DNA from: Zygophlyctis sp. KS116
Lineage: Eukaryota > Fungi > Chytridiomycota
DNA length: 32,000 bases
Direction: 5' to 3'
NCBI GenBank assembly: GCA_054661495.1
Contig: BAAFSQ010000049.1
Coordinates: forward strand, 1-32,000
Shown here: one piece after another, positions 23,716-32,000 of the stretch
How the letters are laid out: each line of letters opens with the position of its first letter
Position numbering within the stretch: the first letter of the stretch is position 1
Program-made: the position numbers and the translations under genes
Notes under the pieces: model-generated
Databases searched by the model: none
Told to the model about the DNA's origin: nothing
The model's input: the letters and a program-made list of their open reading frames with translations, nothing else

Positions 23716-24337
23716 TTAAAAATCACTTAAATTGATTTCTTTAATTCCATTCTTATCAATCACCTTGACTTTAAAATCCGTCATATTCACAATATAACGA
23801 GTCTTCAACTCTTTAATACACATCTTCAACACAAAAATAGCCTGATCTAAATTCATATTTTCCTTCCAGTATCTATCCATTGTTGACATACAAAAGTAGG
23901 ATGCATGACCATGAGCCGCAAATTTCATTGCTGTACATGAAGAGAGATAATCCAACCAGTATAATTCTGGTTTATTCTTGTATGTATCATACCCAGCCAC
24001 TAGAGTATTGATAGAATAAGGATTCTATAATTTTAAAAAAAAGAGAAATTACTCTTGATCTTAGCGCTTCTGCCAATTCTCGTCTCAACATACTTGACAA
24101 GGCAAAAGGCGACAAGTCTACAGAATGACGCATAGAGTACAATTGAGCATTTTTCTGTATAAATTCAGCAAATTGAACAGTATCTCCTGGTTCTCCCGTG
24201 AATAATAACAAAGAAGTCTTGTTTAGAGCTCTTGACTTGTCTTCTCCTCTCTTCATGACAACAATAGAACGAGCAGTGAGAGTATCAGAGGCTGTTAGAA
24301 CGAAATCTGCACCGACGATTCCGAGTAAAACTTCCAT
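23716..24337 (-). CDS. PRE1: 20S proteasome subunit PRE1 (beta4) / PSMB2, 197 aa, 1 intron
   Basis: MEVLLGIVGADFVL, GEPGDTVQFAEFIQKN, LRSR|NPYSINTLVAGYD, PELYWLDYL, AAHGHA. Intron 24025-24052. Confidence 0.96.
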
Positions 24338-24353
24338 TTAAACTTTTTGGTTT

Positions 24354-24408
24354 TAGGGTAAAACAAACTTACTACCCTTTTGTACCCTAGTCAACAATGT
24401 AAACCCTG
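24354..24408. promoter_or_regulatory. Cluster of four ACCCT cores in the 77-nt divergent spacer between PRE1 and the 317-aa gene
   Basis: TAGGGT at 24354 (pointing to PRE1). TACCCTT at 24373, TACCCTAG at 24383 and AAACCCTG at 24401 (pointing to the ATG at 24415). Confidence 0.55.
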
Positions 24409-24414
24409 GAATTT

Positions 24415-25368
24415 ATGACATTGTGGATCTTTAGTCCATCGCTTTTTCTCAATTTCCCTATTAAATTTTGGTTGAATGACTCTCAAGAAACTGTAGAATT
24501 AGTCAAATGCACTCAAAATACTGCAAAGATCTCTAAAAATGCTCTTATTATTGGAATTATAACAAGACTAAATCTAAAAAATAGGAAAAATTCAGATTCT
24601 GTTCTAGAAATTTATATTCAAAATCCTATAAATTCTCTAAAAATTCATTCGCTAGTCAATGATCAGAATTTGGAAATTGGAGATTTGATATATTTAAGAA
24701 ATTCTATACTCAAATTAGACTCGGATTCTCAATATTACTATTTAGATCAGGAATCTAAAATAGAAATAGGACATCGGTTTCTTTCAGATGAAATTATTCC
24801 TATCAATTACAAATTAACAGATTTAAATCATAAAATTGGACTAGAAAACTTGATAAAATGGGGGTCTAAACAAGATTGGATTAGATTTAGTGGTGAAAAT
24901 TCTGGTCATCAGAGTATTAAATTACCATTAGTAAGGACATTTAAAGTTTATGCGACATTTTCAAAATTAATAATTATAAATGCTCTAGGACAAGAAATTC
25001 AAGTACATGATTTCAAAGACTTTAAGGAATTTATATATTTATTGTGTAATATCAGATGTGATATTTGTCAAAAGTGTAATTTTAGACAAGATTTTTGTAT
25101 ATTTTGTAAATCTAGTTTGGAATTTTGTAAAAGGACTGATTTACCAGATTTAAGAATGGAAATAGACTGCTTAGATGGACTAAAAGTAATTAAATTAGGG
25201 GATTGGTGTGATTTATGGTTTCCAGAAATTATTCAGTTTCCCCGGTTAAAGTCAGAGTATGTATATCATAGATTTAATAGGACAATAAAGAGAATAAAAG
25301 AATTGAAGCAAGTGTCAATGGTGCTTCAACAAGTCTCAAAGTCATACTTTCTTTTAGACGTGGAATAA
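24415..25368 (+). CDS. Uncharacterised 317-aa protein, putative OB-fold ssDNA-binding protein with C4 zinc ribbon
   Basis: Intact intronless ORF filling the space between two conserved genes. Contains IIGIIT...LEIGDLIYLRN (OB-fold-like strand pattern) and CDIC..C....CIFC. Confidence 0.55.
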   Translation: MTLWIFSPSLFLNFPIKFWLNDSQETVELVKCTQNTAKISKNALIIGIITRLNLKNRKNSDSVLEIYIQNPINSLKIHSLVNDQNLEIGDLIYLRNSILKLDSDSQYYYLDQESKIEIGHRFLSDEIIPINYKLTDLNHKIGLENLIKWGSKQDWIRFSGENSGHQSIKLPLVRTFKVYATFSKLIIINALGQEIQVHDFKDFKEFIYLLCNIRCDICQKCNFRQDFCIFCKSSLEFCKRTDLPDLRMEIDCLDGLKVIKLGDWCDLWFPEIIQFPRLKSEYVYHRFNRTIKRIKELKQVSMVLQQVSKSYFLLDVE

Positions 25369-25384
25369 TATTTTCGGAATTATA

Positions 25385-27261
<1,877 letters not shown>

Positions 27262-27281
27262 AGATGAGGAGTAAAATAAAG

Positions 27282-27307
27282 GATCTAGAAACGATCTAGA
27301 AACGATC
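27282..27307. repeat. 11-nt tandem repeat (gatctagaaac x2 + gatc) between KATNAL2 and LRR gene A
   Basis: Directly visible in the sequence. Confidence 0.9.
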
Positions 27308-27378
27308 AGTTGACGCAATTTTGTTCAATTAAAACCAAATTTGAGTGAAAACAAGCTGCTTCTGGCCTTTTCGATAAA

Positions 27379-28538
27379 ATGCTATCCAGTCCAGTCATGA
27401 AATTGCTATATCTAGCACTCTTGAATATTCTTCTCGTCCATGCTGTTCCCTACGATAGGCCACGACATAAGCCGTTTGATGATTTAGAAATGGCAAATAA
27501 AGAAAATAAACCTCTGCATTCACTGCTCTCTAGGCGATCTGACTGTGCTATTGTTGTTGAAATATGGCAAAGTCTGGGAGGAAAAACTAGATTAAAACCT
27601 GAAAGTGTTGGGTATCATGGATGTTGTAATACATGGTATCATAAATCAGACATTCCAAATATTGTATGTTCTGGATCTAAAGTCAAAAAGATGTAAGTCT
27701 GAATAATTAATATAAAAAGTAATTGGATTTCTCAAAATCTTAAAGGGGATCTACCTCCTTCAATAAGTGAATTGGTACAATTGGAAGAACTGTATGATAC
27801 TTGTATTAAAACTAGATGGTTATCGTTTAATGAACTTTCAGGAAACATTCCAAAATCAGTTGGAGTTTTGACCAATCTAAAATGTTTGTAAGATTTCTTT
27901 CTATAACTCAATAGTATGTTGTCTTCTAATAATTTGACTGGAGAGATTCCAAAACAGGTTGGATACCTCAAGTCTTTACAATGGCTGTATTATAAACTCA
28001 ACTTAAATTAGAGCATTGAGAAATAACCAATTATCAGGTAGAATACCACCAGAGATTGTTTTATTAAAAGATTTGAAACATTTGTAAGAAGATTATAGGA
28101 TTAATATATAGGGATTTTTCATTTAATCAACTCTCTGGACGAATTCCAAGAGATATGAAACGGTTAACAAACTTGCGTGAGTTATGGTTAAGAAATAATC
28201 AATTAAACGGGACGATTCCTGCTGATTTAGGGAAATTAGAACAATTAGTTACACTTTCTCTCTCTTTTAATCAGTTTTCTGGAGAAATACCTAGGGAATT
28301 GGGAGAATTACATCAACTGTTGTGGTTGTAAGTTTAAAATAGATAACGATAGTGGATTTGTAAACAATAATATTTCTGGTACTATACCAGAGGAACTAGG
28401 TCAATTAAACCGATTAAGATCGCTGTAATGTCTTTTTATCTTACAAGTAGCGGTAAAAGTAATAATACGCTTCTGTCTGATACATTGCCTGCTAATCTGC
28501 AGGATAGAGCTGATAGAAGCTTTTTGTTTTTATATTGA
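27379..28538 (+). CDS. Secreted plant-type leucine-rich repeat protein A (signal peptide, Cys-rich N-cap, 8 LRRs), ~325 aa, 7 introns
   Basis: Signal peptide MKLLYLALLNILLVHA (the start could be this second ATG). 24-aa repeats LxxNxLSGxIPxxxxxLxxLxxL. Introns 27693-27719, 27792-27815, 27888-27914, 27987-28011, 28084-28111, 28328-28352 and 28425-28450. Confidence 0.9.
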
Positions 28539-28644
28539 TTGTTCTAATAGTTTTGTTGTTTTGAAAGTATTAATGCATTGAGTAAATTTTGTAATCGGGA
28601 CACTTCAAGCGTATAAATTAGCGGTAAAATAAGTTTTTGAACCA

Positions 28645-29413
28645 ATGTTTTTTTATTTTTTGGGAATTCTGAGCGTAGCCGCATCTGCAAAGGTGCATCG
28701 GATGAATAATAGGCTACCTGGTGATGTGGAAGAATGGGTCAATCAGATTAATGAGGCGGAAGAAACAAAAGATGAAATGTTCCATTCAAAAGTTGAGACT
28801 CGATCTGACTGTTCAATTGTTGTAACTCTTTGGAAGAAAATGGGGAAAGAAACGATTTTAGATCCTCAAAATGTAGCTCCAATGGGTTGTTGCAGCACCA
28901 ATAAGTATAATGATGTTGGCCATGTTGTGTGCAACGGAGAAAATGTTATTCAGATGTGAGTATTGTTTTCTGAATTCATTAGAGATTGGAGCTATAATCA
29001 TCTTCAAGGCGAAATTCCGCAAGAGATTGGTATGTTGGAACATGTCAAAGAATTGCGTCTTGCCGGTAATGAACTCGATGGATCAATTCCAGCATCAATC
29101 GGTGATTGTAAAAGCTTGATGTATCTGTATGAATTCTTGCATTTTAAAACGTAGAGATTTGGCTGATAACAAGCTTTCTGGTAATATTCCAAAAGAAATG
29201 GGGAAAATGGTAAATTTGGGATACCTGTTTTTCTGGAATAATAACCTTGAAGGAACTATACCTGATGCATTCGGTAATTTGATTAATTTGGTCTCATTGT
29301 AAATTGCATTTTCTAAATTTAGTGGCGTCGGTGGAAACTCTCTACTGTCTATTGATGTTCTACCTGAACCATTGCAAAAGCGTAAGGATGCTTGGAACTT
29401 GTGGATAACATAG
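28645..29413 (+). CDS. Secreted plant-type leucine-rich repeat protein B (paralog of A, 4 LRRs), ~229 aa, 3 introns
   Basis: Signal peptide MFFYFLGILSVAASA and the shared cap RSDC.IVV..W...G..T.L.P..V...GCC....VC.G. Repeats NxLxGxIP. Introns 28956-28982, 29127-29154 and 29299-29322. Confidence 0.9.
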
Positions 29414-29477
29414 ATAAAAGTCCATAAATTCAATTTTAATTAAAAACCATGAGATGTCCGAAATCCAAAAATATAAA

Positions 29478-31432
29478 TTATAGTGAAAATGGATAAAAGA
29501 TATCGTTGGGTAGAGGAGGTATTAAGCGTGGTGCAGGAGGAACTACAAGTGACGGATCCTCCGAAATTGGAACAAAAGATACAGTAGATTTAATACGGAA
29601 AAGCTGAGGTGTAGCACCAGGAGTGTTTGAACCACCGGTAATGAGATCTGATGGCTTTATACAATCTAATGCATTTAAACATCGGTATGAGATTGATCCA
29701 GAAGTATAAGAATAACGAGCCCCGACAATGCCTAACTGAGGATTTGATGTAGATCCAAATTTTGCTGTTAGAAATTCAATATTAAATTCCGTGAGGATCG
29801 ACGTACAAGTTCCAGCGAGAGGCTCTATGATAGGAACAGTTCCTGTCAATGAGTTTGGAACATCATTAATAATTGGAACCCAATCGTCAACATTTAAGAA
29901 ACTGGTATTGCCAAACTTCCCGACATGAGTAAGGGAGGAAGCTGTCAGAGTTTGAATATTAAAAATATCACGCCGAATCGCCCCGCAGTTGTTGATCATA
30001 TCAGCAAAATTGTATGAGAGCGTACAATAACTGTGCATTTCCTGCCCAAAAAGTACTGGAATGCGATGCGATTTGTCCGAAATTCCAGAGCACGTTACGC
30101 TTGTACCACCAGGAGCCACAAAATCAGCAGCCAAAGATAGACCATACAGAGGATCTGCATATTGCTGGATTGCGGATTGTTTATTATTGGTAGTAATAGT
30201 ACCAGCCAGTACAGGTTTACCTATGACGTATCCTGGACTTCCTGATTTAGAAATAGGAGAATTTGATGAGCCACTCTACTCAATAAATTTCAAGACAATA
30301 CCTTTACAAAGGAAATCCCAAACTTTAAAGCAGTCCCGGCGTAATTAGTTACTGGTATAGTCACCAATGTGGTATCAGCCACAATCGAATCTATAGAAAC
30401 AATTCCTGTAGATGCCACAGAATATTGCACAGTCCAAGATATTTGATGAACCGCATTATTGCATTTCGAATTTACAGCATCCCATGATGGAGAACTTTGA
30501 GCGCAACTAGTAGTTATTCCTGTTAATGGATCATAGCAAGTAGTAGACCCTTGTGTTATGCTTATCGAATCTGCAGATGATGAACTCTAGTATAAGTATT
30601 CTTGATAATACCTTTAAAACAGTAAAACCTACTGCATAATACATTGCATCAAGTTGAGTTCCTTGAGCACAAGAAGCTGCACCTGTACTAAAATAATAGA
30701 CACAAGAAGATGATTCACTAATTCCAAATTCTTAATCATAAATTTAAAGCTTCTTACTTGCATTAGAGTTTGGATTACATTCTCCAGAATCAGTAGGCCT
30801 TGGGAAGCCAAAAGCCCCACCCAAGCCAGCAGCAACATAAACAACCTTTATGGAATCTCCAGTCTTACAGTTAAAAATTAAAGAGATACCATATAATTTT
30901 GTGAATAAAGCAATACATTTTCTATTGAATTACTTTTAGATTCAATAGGAAAATCATTTAACGCATATTTACTCAAAAAATCAGAATCTTTTGTAAATAT
31001 TCCTGGATTTCCATAAAAAGTGCCCTTGATTGGTGAATTTGACAATAGAACACAAGTAGCTGAATCCACTCCATGTTTATATACGGACATCATTATACCA
31101 TTTCGGACATTCACAGACACGAGTTGATCCGAACAATAAGGAATTTGTGATGTATTTCCAGCGGATGATTCTAACAAGCAACCGCCTTTAAAAGTTTTCA
31201 AATCGCTAGAGGAGCAGTCCGAATCACAGCAACAGTTTGGATCACAGGAAAACCTAGTTAAATCGCAGATGCACTTTCCAAAATCTGCATTGTAATTTAG
31301 AATAGTGGATGCCGTCGCCACCTATTATCAATACAACATAATGTATACACTTGACCAATCTATAGAATACGGGGATGGAACAATTTGACCCCATACATTC
31401 GATATTACAAGGACCACTAGTCCGAATTTCAT
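29478..31432 (-). CDS. TCTN1: Tectonic (ciliary transition-zone protein, TCTN1-like), ~607 aa, 5 introns
   Basis: Signal peptide MKFGLVVLVISNVWG, CICDLTRFSCDPNCCCDSDC, SGSPGYVIGKP, PVLFG..M.SYC and C-terminal LPNDIFYPF. Introns 31322-31348, 30864-30889, 30731-30757, 30587-30611 and 30276-30301 give 608 codons. Confidence 0.9.
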
Positions 31433-31434
31433 TT

Positions 31435-31450
31435 TAGGGTTTTCGCGTTT
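31435..31450 (-). promoter_or_regulatory. AAACGCGAAAACCCTA: overlapping CGCGAAA and AAACCCTA motifs 2 nt upstream of the tectonic ATG
   Basis: The + strand reads tagggttttcgcgttt at 31435-31450. Confidence 0.5.
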
Positions 31451-31555
31451 TCAACTTGAGGTAATGTGCAGGTTTTTACAGGCTAATTAAAAGCTGATAA
31501 TACAGTGATAATACTTGCTAGATTGCACTAGGTGAAACTTGACAAAAAAAGAAAA

Positions 31556-32000
31556 ATGCAAGATCTCATTCAAGACAATCAGCTCAAATATTTAATCGAA
31601 CTCTGCAAAGCTAAAAACATTCCAGATGAAGAGATTTTAAAGATTTTGGAAGAAAATTCAAAATCTGAATTTTTGAAAATTGTTTGTGATTCTTGGAAAA
31701 ACTCAAAGGATTTTGCTCTAGTGCCAAGCAAATGGCAGGAATACTCTATGAAATACATTGAATACATGGGATCTATCATGGATCCTACTAAAAGATACTC
31801 TACTCTTCCTTTAGAACCAAATTGGCCAAATCCTCAAGTCAAAAAAAAGACTGAAATCAAGTTCAAAAGAGATCTGATTCTCTTTGTGCTGAAAGAGAAG
31901 AATAAAATTCTGGTAATTTTTTTTTGTAATACAATAGAAGACAATTTTGAAAGAATCATCAGACTTTTCAGAAATGTTTAATGTAAATTCAAGTGATGTT
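31556..32000 (+). CDS. Hypothetical protein, 3'-truncated by the window edge
   Basis: ATG at 31556. A probable 25-nt intron at 31913-31937, after which the frame (KTILKESSDFSEMFNVNSSDV) runs off the window. No family recognised. Confidence 0.6.

Noticed and set aside
24351-24408. Interstitial telomere remnant
   Set aside because: The TAGGG units are single, dispersed and in both orientations, not tandem. Treated as a promoter motif instead.
28441-28450. 23-nt version of the last LRR-A intron (AAG acceptor of an AAGTAG tandem)
   Set aside because: Both acceptors are in frame, but the TAG acceptor aligns the C-cap with paralog B (GKSNNTLLS vs GVGGNSLLS). NAGNAG use cannot be excluded.

Overview
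This is an extremely compact, AT-rich eukaryotic region, most likely from a zoosporic (flagellated) fungus such as a chytrid or a relative. That placement is inferred from opisthokont-type DNA polymerase gamma occurring with ciliary genes. The fragmented ORF track is explained by 64 GT-AG introns placed by hand: 63 are 24-33 nt and one is 53 nt. Removing them restores 15 genes in frame. In order: a 5'-truncated Crinkler-like nuclease+kinase ORF, PGM2, cytoplasmic dynein heavy chain (25 introns, ~4404 aa), a centrosomin-motif coiled-coil protein, UBC2/RAD6, POLG, a PFN4-like profilin missing from the ORF track, a shrunken BBS8-like TPR protein, proteasome subunit PRE1/PSMB2, a putative OB-fold/Zn protein, KATNAL2 (with a 10-nt microexon), two tandem secreted plant-type LRR proteins, tectonic, and a 3'-truncated unknown gene. 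Gaps between coding regions are 16-146 nt, and two convergent pairs overlap in coding sequence. The most notable system is the LRR gene pair: every intron is phase 2 at the same repeat position, so internal exons are exactly 72, 144 or 216 nt and could be skipped or shuffled in frame. Other signals are an AAACCCTA/ACCCT motif beside several start codons, three co-directional in-frame genes each separated by a single TAA, and a POLG with no visible mitochondrial presequence. Family assignments come from recalled motifs, not database searches.
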